A stretch of 40,962 bases of DNA from a virus, in IMG/VR virus record IMGVR_UViG_3300017782_000052. One strand, 5' to 3'. Below, piece by piece: positions 9,495-17,715 of the stretch. Under the pieces are notes generated by a model. It was given only the letters and a program-made list of their open reading frames with translations, was not told the origin of the DNA and searched no databases. A program made the position numbers and the translations under genes. Numbering within the stretch: the first letter of the stretch is position 1; every line of letters starts with the position of its first letter.

Positions 9495-9952
9495 TATCGT
9501 ATCCTCACAAATTCTAGAAATGGTTTATTACCTACGCCCCATTTCTCATGTTTCTTGATAAACGTGAAACCAACAAAACGTAGCCAGTTGATAGCTACAG
9601 TATAGTCTGCATCTACTGCATTAGTAAGTAGGGGGTATTTTTGATTAGCTTTTTCTACCCATTTACGTGAGCCACGTAGGAATGGTAGCCATACTTTTTT
9701 AATAGCAGGTGTAGTTAACAGCCACGGCACAGCCATAGTCTTATCGTATTCTGATAGACCATAAATACCAGCTATCTCATCTGTATCTGTTACTACAATA
9801 GTCCAGCACTCTTCTGATTCATCAAAGCCTACCTGCAACGCTTCTCTTGTAGTACCATGTGAGGCAAGTACCTCTTCCCTATCCTCAGGGCGTAAGTTGT
9901 CACAAAGATATTCAACATCTGATTGGGTACTTTGTCTCACATGGACTTTCAT
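9494..9952 (-). CDS. gp13-position internal virion/assembly protein; tentatively of the GNAT-like DUF2833-type phage family.
   Basis: 152 aa between the nozzle gene and the gp14-like gene. The pattern R..T..D...L...LR..D..E ... PWLL.T ... NW.RF.GF.F is reminiscent of the 'internal virion protein A' family. This is from memory only. Confidence 0.4.
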   Translation of the reverse strand: MKVHVRQSTQSDVEYLCDNLRPEDREEVLASHGTTREALQVGFDESEECWTIVVTDTDEIAGIYGLSEYDKTMAVPWLLTTPAIKKVWLPFLRGSRKWVEKANQKYPLLTNAVDADYTVAINWLRFVGFTFIKKHEKWGVGNKPFLEFVRIR

Positions 9953-12295
9953 TTACATTCTCCTAGAACGTAGAACATAGAAGCCTTCCCACTCTGCCGA
10001 TTGGAAAACGCAGGGCAGGTGACTACTGCTTTTTAGTACGATACTTGAATTGCTAGAGTTAGCCATAACGCCAAACTCATACGTACCAGAATCAATAGCT
10101 GCTCTATTAAGTATGTTTGCTGCACCGCCTACAAGTCGTCCTGTAAATTTACGATTGTATGTAGAGCGTCTAGATGGTGTGACATCTACCTCAAAGAAAC
10201 CTGTGTCGTTATACACTACTGCGTAGTTTCTCAGATTTAGAACACCTGTTGTTATTGGTTGATTGTTTTGTTTTACTACTGGTTCAGAGAACTGGTACTT
10301 GAAAGTGTAAGGTATCCCAGCGTACACCACCTCACTGTCAGCAAGCTTACCTGCTACACTAGTTAAAGGTATAAGCTTACCTGTCTGGTCTACGTAAATA
10401 GTAGCTGCATCAGTATAAGGTACTGTCGTTAGGCCACCTGTCTCTAACCGTACTCGCCTGTCTAAGTGAATAGAGAACTGACCAGTAGTATAATTTGTTG
10501 CGTCATCCACGGATAGATTAATACGCTCAAGGTACAAGTTAGTACCTCTCTTAATAAGTATTGTTATGTCTGCACGGTTGAACGAACAACCAATGATGTC
10601 ACCACCAAACACCCAGCGTGACCACGATGACTGTAGCTTCTCTCTACCAGCCCAATAGTATCTGTATACATATAGAGCCTGAGGGTCATTGTTAGTCTGT
10701 ACTAGTAGCATGTCTTCGTTAGACGATGCTTGTATGTTAATGACTTCACCATTTAGGTACTCAGGTACGTGTGCTGTAATCTCTGTAGCATCGTTAGTAT
10801 CTGTGTCACTATCTACAAAGTATTCCCACATTCCAGACCATGCACCACGTGCTGAAGCAAAGTACACAAACCTACCAGCCTGTGCTGGCTTGGCTCTAAG
10901 TGATGCCTCAAACTCTGTGGTATTAGCAATGTTGACTGTCTCAGGTGTAAGCACAGGGTCAGCCGTTAGCTTAAACTGTGTTAGGTCAGAGAACAATAAC
11001 AGCGATTCGTTAAAGGGTACAGCATGTTTAAGTATGCTAACCTTGTTTGACGATACTGCCACATCAATGGGATCACTGTCAACTATGGTTAGCGTAGACT
11101 TACGGAAGAAGTCAAAGTTTACATACTCACCTGCACGTGCAAAGATTACATTCTCATCTGCTAGTACACCTAGTCTGTCACGATGAAAGAAAATGTCTGA
11201 CAGAGTATATCCTATAAAAGATGGATAGTCGTTAGTACCATCATCACCAACAGTTCTATCTGCATAACTTACTACATCAAATATAAAGCTACCATCTGGT
11301 TGCTTGGACAGTTTGTGTGGTAAGGTAGAGGCATCTAAGTCTATTAGGATGTTAGGTTCGATAGTTTCTTTCCATACACCGTCACCAGTAAACTTAACGT
11401 AATAATCGTCTTGTGCTTTCTGGTTGTCGCCTGATACTTTAATATTAAAATCTACTGGCCCCTCTGATGGGAGCTTTTTAAAGTCACCAGTCTCACCCTT
11501 GAATAGTAATAGGTGGTCTCCACCGTGAGAATCACCAACCTCTACAGTAAAGTCTGTACTGTCAGTAGACCTAATCCACAACACAGAACCATACCTAGTT
11601 ATGTTAATACCTGTTATAGCACCACTGTTTGATGTAACGTCATAATAAGTAGTACTAACAGTAGAACCACTAAACTTAGCTAAATTTTTAGCAATAATAT
11701 CAGTTGATGCACCACGCTCTGCGTTCTGTGTTAAAGCTGTGCTAGACTGTGTAGAAGATTTAGTAGCAAACTCGATTGTACCTGTACTACCACCCTTCGT
11801 AATTTTCAATCTATATGTCGAAGAATAGTCAGCCTGTTTAACATATACTAATGCCTCAGGGTTACGTACAGGAGATGTGGTAGTACCCTTGGCTATTACT
11901 TTAGTTTTATTTACAATGAAGGTTGTGTCAGCAATAGACACAGCAGCTAACTCTTTACTAGGGTCAGTTAGACCTGTCACGTAAGAGGCTGCATTATTAG
12001 TTACTGTTTTTGATACACCATCTTTGTCAAACACCCTAATCGTACCAGTAGTATCTACCACCATAGAGTAAAACTCGTTCTCATCTCTACGAATAGTATG
12101 TATAAAAGCTTTGTCTAGATTACTAATTACTCCTAAGTCAGCAATATGTTTAGAACTAGGACGCTTAGACAATCCTGTTACAACATTGGATAATCCGTTT
12201 TCTTGTAACTCTGCCTGTGTGTTAAGACGTAGAGAGGGTGGTTGTTGTGATACACCGTTAATCAGATTGGGGATAGATTGACTGATGAGTGCCAT
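9953..12295 (-). CDS. Tail tubular protein B (nozzle), T7 gp12-like.
   Basis: The N-terminus MALISQSIPNLINGVSQQPPSLRLNTQAELQENG...GLSKRP matches T7 gp12 MALISQSIKNLKGGISQQPDILRYPDQG...GLQKRP. The protein is 780 aa. Confidence 0.9.
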   Translation of the reverse strand: MALISQSIPNLINGVSQQPPSLRLNTQAELQENGLSNVVTGLSKRPSSKHIADLGVISNLDKAFIHTIRRDENEFYSMVVDTTGTIRVFDKDGVSKTVTNNAASYVTGLTDPSKELAAVSIADTTFIVNKTKVIAKGTTTSPVRNPEALVYVKQADYSSTYRLKITKGGSTGTIEFATKSSTQSSTALTQNAERGASTDIIAKNLAKFSGSTVSTTYYDVTSNSGAITGINITRYGSVLWIRSTDSTDFTVEVGDSHGGDHLLLFKGETGDFKKLPSEGPVDFNIKVSGDNQKAQDDYYVKFTGDGVWKETIEPNILIDLDASTLPHKLSKQPDGSFIFDVVSYADRTVGDDGTNDYPSFIGYTLSDIFFHRDRLGVLADENVIFARAGEYVNFDFFRKSTLTIVDSDPIDVAVSSNKVSILKHAVPFNESLLLFSDLTQFKLTADPVLTPETVNIANTTEFEASLRAKPAQAGRFVYFASARGAWSGMWEYFVDSDTDTNDATEITAHVPEYLNGEVINIQASSNEDMLLVQTNNDPQALYVYRYYWAGREKLQSSWSRWVFGGDIIGCSFNRADITILIKRGTNLYLERINLSVDDATNYTTGQFSIHLDRRVRLETGGLTTVPYTDAATIYVDQTGKLIPLTSVAGKLADSEVVYAGIPYTFKYQFSEPVVKQNNQPITTGVLNLRNYAVVYNDTGFFEVDVTPSRRSTYNRKFTGRLVGGAANILNRAAIDSGTYEFGVMANSSNSSIVLKSSSHLPCVFQSAEWEGFYVLRSRRM

Positions 12296-12879
12296 TAGAG
12301 TGTTCTCCGTCCCTGCCTGTCGATAATACTAAAGGTGTCATAGTTGTCAAAGATGTTGTGGTCATCAGCAGCCTTATCGAACTCTTTAAGTTCTGTCAGT
12401 GCTTGTGCCTCATCTTGTATTTGGAAATCATGTAATGTGTTAGAACCTACAACTCTATCTTGAAAGATACGTGTGGCTCTCATTACTATGTAGCGTTTAG
12501 CCACCTCTGGTAAATCTGCAAAGTTTAGCTGTACGACAACATCAAGTGCTGCCTCTGCATTGATTGTAAATGTATGGTTTTTTCTATCATACATCTTCAG
12601 ACCACGCTGTACTAGGTCTGGACTGTCTGGTTTTTGTGTTGCATCTGCGCGTAGGATGTCAGTGCCTAATATAATCTCACCGTTAGTGTCCTGTGCGTAT
12701 GACTTATTTAATTCTGTATTAAAGTGCCAGCCCATAGACTGCACTTCACGGTCAACTGTATCTACAATAGTTTCTGCTACCTCTGCCTCAAGCAAGCCAG
12801 ATGATAGACTACTAACTGGTGCTTCGCCAATGGCAGAGAGCATCGTGTTGACCGCATCTAATTTAGTTGTTCCTGCCAT
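12295..12879 (-). CDS. Tail tubular protein A (gatekeeper), T7 gp11-like.
   Basis: AVNTMLSAIGEAPVSSL...VQSMGWHFN parallels T7 gp11 AVNDILASIGEPPVSTL...IQSRGWTFN. The protein is 194 aa. Confidence 0.85.
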   Translation of the reverse strand: MAGTTKLDAVNTMLSAIGEAPVSSLSSGLLEAEVAETIVDTVDREVQSMGWHFNTELNKSYAQDTNGEIILGTDILRADATQKPDSPDLVQRGLKMYDRKNHTFTINAEAALDVVVQLNFADLPEVAKRYIVMRATRIFQDRVVGSNTLHDFQIQDEAQALTELKEFDKAADDHNIFDNYDTFSIIDRQGRRTL

Positions 12880-12888
12880 GTCATTTAC

Positions 12889-13146
12889 CTATGCTTTCCA
12901 CTTAACCTTATTAGCCCAGTAAGCTGCGCTTGACGGCCCTTTGGCTATGTTCTTCCTATGCCTGTCTTTAAAAGCTTTGCGCTGTTTTTCTGACTGATTA
13001 GTTTTAGCACCTTGTTGACCAAATCTTTTTATTTTAGGTTTATCAGCAGTACCTAGTAAAACTGCATGAGATTTAGTAGGGTGCTTGGGTGTTCTTTTAG
13101 GTATCTTCATACCTTCAAAGGTTTCACCTGCGTGTGTAATAGCCAT
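12889..13146 (-). CDS. Small basic hypothetical protein (85 aa).
   Basis: ATG start. The protein is lysine/arginine-rich and ends ...KAFKDRHRKNIAKGPSSAAYWANKVKWKA. It lies between the capsid gene and the tail genes. Confidence 0.6.
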   Translation of the reverse strand: MAITHAGETFEGMKIPKRTPKHPTKSHAVLLGTADKPKIKRFGQQGAKTNQSEKQRKAFKDRHRKNIAKGPSSAAYWANKVKWKA

Positions 13147-13147
13147 A

Positions 13148-13258
13148 TCATTTCTTCTTCTTATACTTTATGGTAGCACCAGTCTTCTTAGCCGCAGCTT
13201 TAGCCTGTGCCATACCTTTTTTAGTATACTTGTATTCTTTACCTGCTACATTTGGCAT
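13148..13258 (-). CDS. Very small lysine-rich ORF (36 aa), below the ORF-track size cutoff.
   Basis: My translation is MPNVAGKEYKYTKKGMAQAKAAAKKTGATIKYKKKK. It starts just downstream of the capsid terminator, and its TGA stop is 1 nt before the next ATG. Confidence 0.4.
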   Translation of the reverse strand: MPNVAGKEYKYTKKGMAQAKAAAKKTGATIKYKKKK

Positions 13259-13270
13259 ATCTTACTCCAA

Positions 13271-13305
13271 ATAAAAAAGGAGAGAGGCTCTAGAAACCTC
13301 TCCCC
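13271..13305 (-). terminator. Intrinsic-type terminator hairpin after the major capsid gene (a T-phi-like position).
   Basis: Minus strand reads GGGGAGAGG-UUUCUAGAG-CCUCUCUCC-UUUUUUAU. The stem is 9 bp with one G.U pair and is followed by a U6 run. It begins 8 nt after the capsid stop. Confidence 0.75.
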
Positions 13306-13313
13306 TCGTTAGA

Positions 13314-14429
13314 TTACTGTTCGATCAAGCCGATGCAGCAAGCAGGACGCAGGACGTTATGTCCCATTGCATACTTGGCTACCATCAGTGTACCTTGACG
13401 ATTAATCTGATACTCTGATTCCATGCCCAAGTCAAGCAACTTGACAGTAGCAACGGCATCAGGAGTAAAGACGAATCCACGGAACTGCTTGGCTTCTGCA
13501 ACCATGTCACGACTATCTACAGCAGCAGTTGGCAGGTCATAATGAGTTGTACGGCCTGAACCAGCAGTGTTTGCTAGTGGTGCGTTGTCAGAAGTCTCAC
13601 CTTCCGCAGCATTACCTGTTACCAGTGAAGAATACAGGTTGTTTACGTTAGCATGGTTTGACATGATAACTGGCATACCAGCGATTGATGGTACTGTAGC
13701 ACCTGCTACTGAACCTGTGCCACCAAAGTCACGGTTCATGTAAACAAGCTTACTACCGTCAGTAACATCAAGCAGTGCGTAGTACTGGTCAGGAGCCAGA
13801 ACAACGGTTGCACCTTCAGTTGGTACGTTCTTGACTTCCATCTCTTTACGAGCATCAAAGATAGCTTTAGCAATCTTAGCTGGGTCAAGTGAATCAGCGG
13901 TAGCTGTACCGATGTCTACGTTGGCTGTAAAGTCTTCCTCAGTAAACGCTTTGTAGTCTTGGATAAGACCAGCAGCAGCAGTTGCGTTGGTTGCCAGAGC
14001 AGCCTTAACGAGCATACGTGCTACGTTACGGTCAGCTTCGTTAGCCAATGCGATACCAGCTTCTTTAGAGTAGATGCTACGTACATCGTAGTGGTTAATT
14101 GCTTCATCAATGTTAGCAATGAACTGGCTTGAGATAAGCAAGTCATCAATCGTGACGATACGCTCACCTGCACGAATAGAACCACCAGTAATCTCGTTTC
14201 CGGGGGTCAGGTATTCAGCAGTTGCACGGCCTGTCATTGGGAATGATGCAGACTTACCTTTGGAAATTGTGCGAGTACGCACCTTATCCATAATTACTTT
14301 CTTTTCCTCAAAGGCGGTAAGGACTTCCCCAGCATACAGCTTTAGGAATAGGTCACGTACGTCACCTGAGAGGTTATTCTGACCCTGAAAGCTTACGCTG
14401 TAAGCAGGGTTTGAAGCAGCTTGTGCCAT
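13314..14429 (-). CDS. Major capsid protein, T7 gp10-like.
   Basis: DLFLKLYAGEVLTAFEEKKV...ISKGKSASFPMTGRATAEYLTPG...ERIVTIDDLLISSQFIANIDEAINHYDVRSIYSKE parallels T7 gp10 LALFLKVFGGEVLTAF...ISSGKSAQFPVLGRTQAAYLAPG...KVITIDGLLTADVLIYDIEDAMNHYDVRSEYTSQ. Confidence 0.92.
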   Translation of the reverse strand: MAQAASNPAYSVSFQGQNNLSGDVRDLFLKLYAGEVLTAFEEKKVIMDKVRTRTISKGKSASFPMTGRATAEYLTPGNEITGGSIRAGERIVTIDDLLISSQFIANIDEAINHYDVRSIYSKEAGIALANEADRNVARMLVKAALATNATAAAGLIQDYKAFTEEDFTANVDIGTATADSLDPAKIAKAIFDARKEMEVKNVPTEGATVVLAPDQYYALLDVTDGSKLVYMNRDFGGTGSVAGATVPSIAGMPVIMSNHANVNNLYSSLVTGNAAEGETSDNAPLANTAGSGRTTHYDLPTAAVDSRDMVAEAKQFRGFVFTPDAVATVKLLDLGMESEYQINRQGTLMVAKYAMGHNVLRPACCIGLIEQ

Positions 14430-14638
14430 TTTAAATTACCTCTTAGTAATGTTAATGTTGAGTTGTAGTTACACTCTGCATTACATTACATCCTTTCTCC
14501 AAGATTGTCCCTCGCAAGGGGTCAGGGGTAATCGTTTGTATGTGTGCTTTCGTGTATAGGGCGTCCCCTATTAAATACACCCACGTTAGGTGTACTTAAA
14601 AGGAGAGGGGAGCAAGCCCCCCAATCCCATGCAACAAT
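14430..14638 (-). promoter_or_regulatory. 209-nt structured untranslated leader between the scaffold and capsid genes.
   Basis: No ORF longer than 14 codons. It contains several short hairpins, for example ATAGGG-cgtc-CCCTAT at 14556-14571, 14576-14594, GGGG-agcaag-CCCC at 14607-14620, and CCCT-cgca-AGGG at 14509-14520. A strong AAGAGG Shine-Dalgarno precedes the capsid ATG. Confidence 0.5.
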
Positions 14639-15391
14639 TTAGAACAGACTAGACTTAGCCAACTTATCAGCTATGCTTTGCCTGTAGGCAGGGTCTTTAG
14701 CGTATCTAGGGTCACTCATAGCAGCAGTAAGTTCCGCCGTACTTTCAAAACGCCCACCTGAGGATACAGCACCTGTGCCACCTTGCATCAGTGTCGGCTC
14801 TGCCTCAGAACGATAACGTGCATTAAGACCTTGGACAGCAAACTTAATTAAGTCTGTGTTTCCACTTTCCATAGTTGCATTGTAGGCTTCTACCTCACTC
14901 TCAGGTAGATTATCAGAAGCCCACTGTACCATCTGAGCGTACTCTTCTCCACCGCCAGCATATTCGTGCATCTCTGCTGTCACCTGTGCAGTGATAGCAT
15001 TTTGTCCTTCAATCCACGAATCTACCATAGCTTCAGAGAAGCCAGCCTCTGCCAAGGCTTCATACGCTTCTTCTGTTAGACCACCTAGTTCCTGATACTC
15101 TTGTTGAAAAGCATCAAAGTCTAGGCCTCTATCATCTAGTAACTGTGTTACATCTTCAGTACTTTCGTTACCAGAAACTTCTACTTCTTCGGTAGTCTCT
15201 TCCTGCTGTGGCTTACCTAGCTTACCCTCTAATTCTGAGTAGGCTTTAGCCATGTCTTCAGCAGATTTAAATTTCTCAGGCAACCAGTCAGGACGTTCTT
15301 CTGTTTCTGTTCGCTCTTTGTTGAGCATTTCTTGAACATGTTCCTGTGATTCTGGTGCTTCTTCTTGATAAGTATTTAAGGCATCTGCCAT
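14639..15391 (-). CDS. Scaffolding protein (T7 gp9 position).
   Basis: 250 aa, strongly acidic (E/D-rich), located between the portal and capsid genes. Confidence 0.7.
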   Translation of the reverse strand: MADALNTYQEEAPESQEHVQEMLNKERTETEERPDWLPEKFKSAEDMAKAYSELEGKLGKPQQEETTEEVEVSGNESTEDVTQLLDDRGLDFDAFQQEYQELGGLTEEAYEALAEAGFSEAMVDSWIEGQNAITAQVTAEMHEYAGGGEEYAQMVQWASDNLPESEVEAYNATMESGNTDLIKFAVQGLNARYRSEAEPTLMQGGTGAVSSGGRFESTAELTAAMSDPRYAKDPAYRQSIADKLAKSSLF

Positions 15392-15394
15392 CTG

Positions 15395-16930
15395 TTACTC
15401 CGATTCTACTACGCCTTTAGCTACTTGTGGTGCTGCTGCTTGCATTGCACCCATAGCTGCTTGCTGTTCCATCTGTTGTTGCATCATCATTTGTTGTTGC
15501 ATCATCTCTTGTTGTTTCTGCTCTGGTGATTTAATCAGGCCAGAGGTATCAATACCAAGTGATGCAGCCAAACGGTCTATGTAGTCACCTAGATTCATCT
15601 CACTAGCAATAACTTCTTGACCCAAGGGCTGTAAGTATTGCAGAAATGCTGCTAGTTTATTCAAGTCTTGTCCACGTCCAAGTGCTTCGATACCTGTAAC
15701 GACAGTGGGTTTAACACTATCCTTAGGCATACGAGGCATCTTGCCCTGCTTAGTCAATGATTCAAGTAGCAGGTTGATGAGTGGTAGTTGGAACTCTTGA
15801 GACAGGATGGAATATACACCACCCAAAGCAGTCTCAAGTTCCTGTGCCATGTACCTAATCTCTTCGGCAGTCACACGTTCTGCTGGACGCTGAATGGAAG
15901 AGTTAAGTAGAAACGCAGCAGCCAGACGCTCGTTAATCATACGCATAGTCTCAAGGGCTACACGGAAATCGCTGGACTTCTGCACTTGCAGTGTTGATAC
16001 ATCGTTAGCATCACCTGTTAGGAACGCACCATTAGCTGCTTTAGCTAGGTTCGCTGACTTAGTAGTACCGTTAGGACGTACCAAGAATAATACTTTAGAT
16101 GATGCAGCACTACCCTGCACAATAGCTTGGGTCAATGCCTCTAGTGAACGCAAGTCACCGATGTATTCTTCGATGAAACCACGTCCATAATCTTCACCAT
16201 CAATGCGGATAAAACGTAATGGGATAAATGGGTTCTGGTCTTCTTTGAATGTACCACGTGAATTAGGTACTTCGATACCAGCTACCTCTTGATGCACCTC
16301 AAAGCCTTTTTCTGTACGCTTGAGACATGTGTACAGGTCATAGTTTTTCTTTGGTGTATCTGATGGGGGTATCATATCCTTGACTGCATCAGGCAGCATC
16401 ATAGCTGCAACACTTTCCTTGGTGATAATCTCTAGGATATTACCCATAGCATCACGCTTGGTAGTGTAGCGGTCAGGTCTATATACTTTCATTCCGCCCT
16501 GTTTAGGCATGTATACCAAAGCATTGCCTGTCACAATAAGCAACTTTAGTGCCTCAAAGACAGGCACACGTATGGCTTTGCTTTCAATCTCTTGCATAGC
16601 TGCACGTTCAATACGTGCTAGACCTTCTTCTACTTGACCACGATTATCACCAGCAATAGTTTGCAAGTCAAAGTCGTCAATGGTCAGGCGAAAGAAAGGG
16701 CTGTTGGGTGGCAAGAGTGCCATCAATAATTTGGATGCAAGGTTATTTACACCCCTTGCCCCAATGCCTTGATACGGTGTAGCATATACAGATGAACTGC
16801 TATGCCCTTCGTCTGGCAAAAGAGTAGGGATAGTCAGCCTTGCTGCTTCACGTCCACGTTCTAGGAACGTATCACGCTCACTTTCTAATTGACTGTAGCG
16901 TTTAGCTACTGTTCCTACTTCTTGTTCCAT
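15395..16930 (-). CDS. Portal (head-to-tail connector) protein, T7 gp8-like.
   Basis: GARGVNNLASKLLMALLP, DGEDYGRGFIEEYIGDLRSLE, ERVTAEEIRYMAQELETALGGVYSILSQEFQLPL and GIEALGRGQDLNKL closely parallel T7 gp8. Confidence 0.93.
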   Translation of the reverse strand: MEQEVGTVAKRYSQLESERDTFLERGREAARLTIPTLLPDEGHSSSSVYATPYQGIGARGVNNLASKLLMALLPPNSPFFRLTIDDFDLQTIAGDNRGQVEEGLARIERAAMQEIESKAIRVPVFEALKLLIVTGNALVYMPKQGGMKVYRPDRYTTKRDAMGNILEIITKESVAAMMLPDAVKDMIPPSDTPKKNYDLYTCLKRTEKGFEVHQEVAGIEVPNSRGTFKEDQNPFIPLRFIRIDGEDYGRGFIEEYIGDLRSLEALTQAIVQGSAASSKVLFLVRPNGTTKSANLAKAANGAFLTGDANDVSTLQVQKSSDFRVALETMRMINERLAAAFLLNSSIQRPAERVTAEEIRYMAQELETALGGVYSILSQEFQLPLINLLLESLTKQGKMPRMPKDSVKPTVVTGIEALGRGQDLNKLAAFLQYLQPLGQEVIASEMNLGDYIDRLAASLGIDTSGLIKSPEQKQQEMMQQQMMMQQQMEQQAAMGAMQAAAPQVAKGVVESE

Positions 16931-16940
16931 TAGTTATTCC

Positions 16941-17264
16941 TTACGAAGTTGGAATGTTTAAGCCACTTGCGCCTGAACCACCGACATTAGCAGCAGCAGA
17001 GTTAGAAGTTACCTTGAGAGCCTTCTTACCCTTTTTCTTTTTCTGCATTTGAGTGCCAGTAGTTTCTACTTCTGTATCATCATACTGCTCTGTATCTTTT
17101 GCAGCAGCAGTGGCTGAAGTATCGACAGCAGCAGCAGTCTTTGCTGGTGCAGCCTTATATTTCTTTGGTGCTATAGGTTTTGTTATTGCTTTTGTAATTT
17201 TCTTAATTGGTTTCTTTACTGCTCTAACAATTTTCTTAATTGGTTTTGGTGCTGGGCCGCCCAT
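16941..17264 (-). CDS. Small basic virion-type protein, T7 gp7.3-like.
   Basis: MGGPAPKPIKKIVRAVKKPIKKITKAITKP...KKKKGKKALKV...SGASGLNIPTS resembles my recollection of T7 gp7.3 (MGKKVKKAVKKVTKSVKKV...GGKKSLSVARSSGGGINI). It is a paralogue of the upstream ORF. Confidence 0.55.
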   Translation of the reverse strand: MGGPAPKPIKKIVRAVKKPIKKITKAITKPIAPKKYKAAPAKTAAAVDTSATAAAKDTEQYDDTEVETTGTQMQKKKKGKKALKVTSNSAAANVGGSGASGLNIPTS

Positions 17265-17497
17265 TAGTTGCCTCCACTTGGTATTTGTAGTCCTGATGCA
17301 GAACTACCTGTCTGTACTGTTGTGTCTGTCAGTGGTGTTTTCAGAGCTTTCTTACCTTTTTTCTTTTTGGTAAGCTGTTCTGATTCCAACTCTGTATCTT
17401 CTAGTTCAATGTCAGGTGACTTTTGAACTGCTGTTACAGGACGAGCAGGGGTAGGCATAACTGGTGGGGGTTTTGGCCCACGAAATATAGATCCCAT
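17264..17497 (-). CDS. Small proline- and lysine-rich protein, T7 gp6.7-like.
   Basis: MGSIFRGPKPPPVMPTPARP...EDTELESEQLTKKKKGKKALKT...SSASGLQIPSGGN. It sits at the gp6.7 position and shares the KKKKGKKALK and SASGL.IP motifs with 16941-17264. Confidence 0.5.
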   Translation of the reverse strand: MGSIFRGPKPPPVMPTPARPVTAVQKSPDIELEDTELESEQLTKKKKGKKALKTPLTDTTVQTGSSASGLQIPSGGN

Positions 17498-17500
17498 AAT

Positions 17501-17680
17501 CTATTCCTCAAAATCTGTGTGTTGTAACTCTATCAACTTGTCGATGACTGATTGTTGCCCCTGAAGAAAGCTTAGTTCCTCAGGGGTAACGTGTCCAAGC
17601 GGCAGTTTGTTAGGATACAACTCTTTAAGGTGGTTAAGTAATCCATCTGTAATGTTAAAATCGTTGCCTAATACTTTCAT
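17501..17680 (-). CDS. Hypothetical protein (59 aa from the ATG; the ORF track begins at a TTG at 17689).
   Basis: ATG AAA GTA at 17680. It is the first ORF after motif copy B. No Shine-Dalgarno is visible. Confidence 0.5.
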   Translation of the reverse strand: MKVLGNDFNITDGLLNHLKELYPNKLPLGHVTPEELSFLQGQQSVIDKLIELQHTDFEE

Positions 17681-17696
17681 GGAAAACAAACTTTCG

Positions 17697-17715
17697 CTAA
17701 TGTTGTAACTTTAGA
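17697..17715 (-). promoter_or_regulatory. Copy B of the conserved motif; candidate phage promoter ahead of the structural genes.
   Basis: Minus strand reads TCTAAAGTTACAACATTAG. It overlaps the RNR stop codon (the TAA inside the motif) and lies 16 nt before the next ATG. Confidence 0.45.

Noticed and set aside
13314-13340. Possible T7-style programmed frameshift producing a longer minor capsid protein (10B analogue).
   Set aside because: I saw no slippery heptamer near the 3' end. The terminator hairpin begins 8 nt after the stop, leaving no room for an extended frame.
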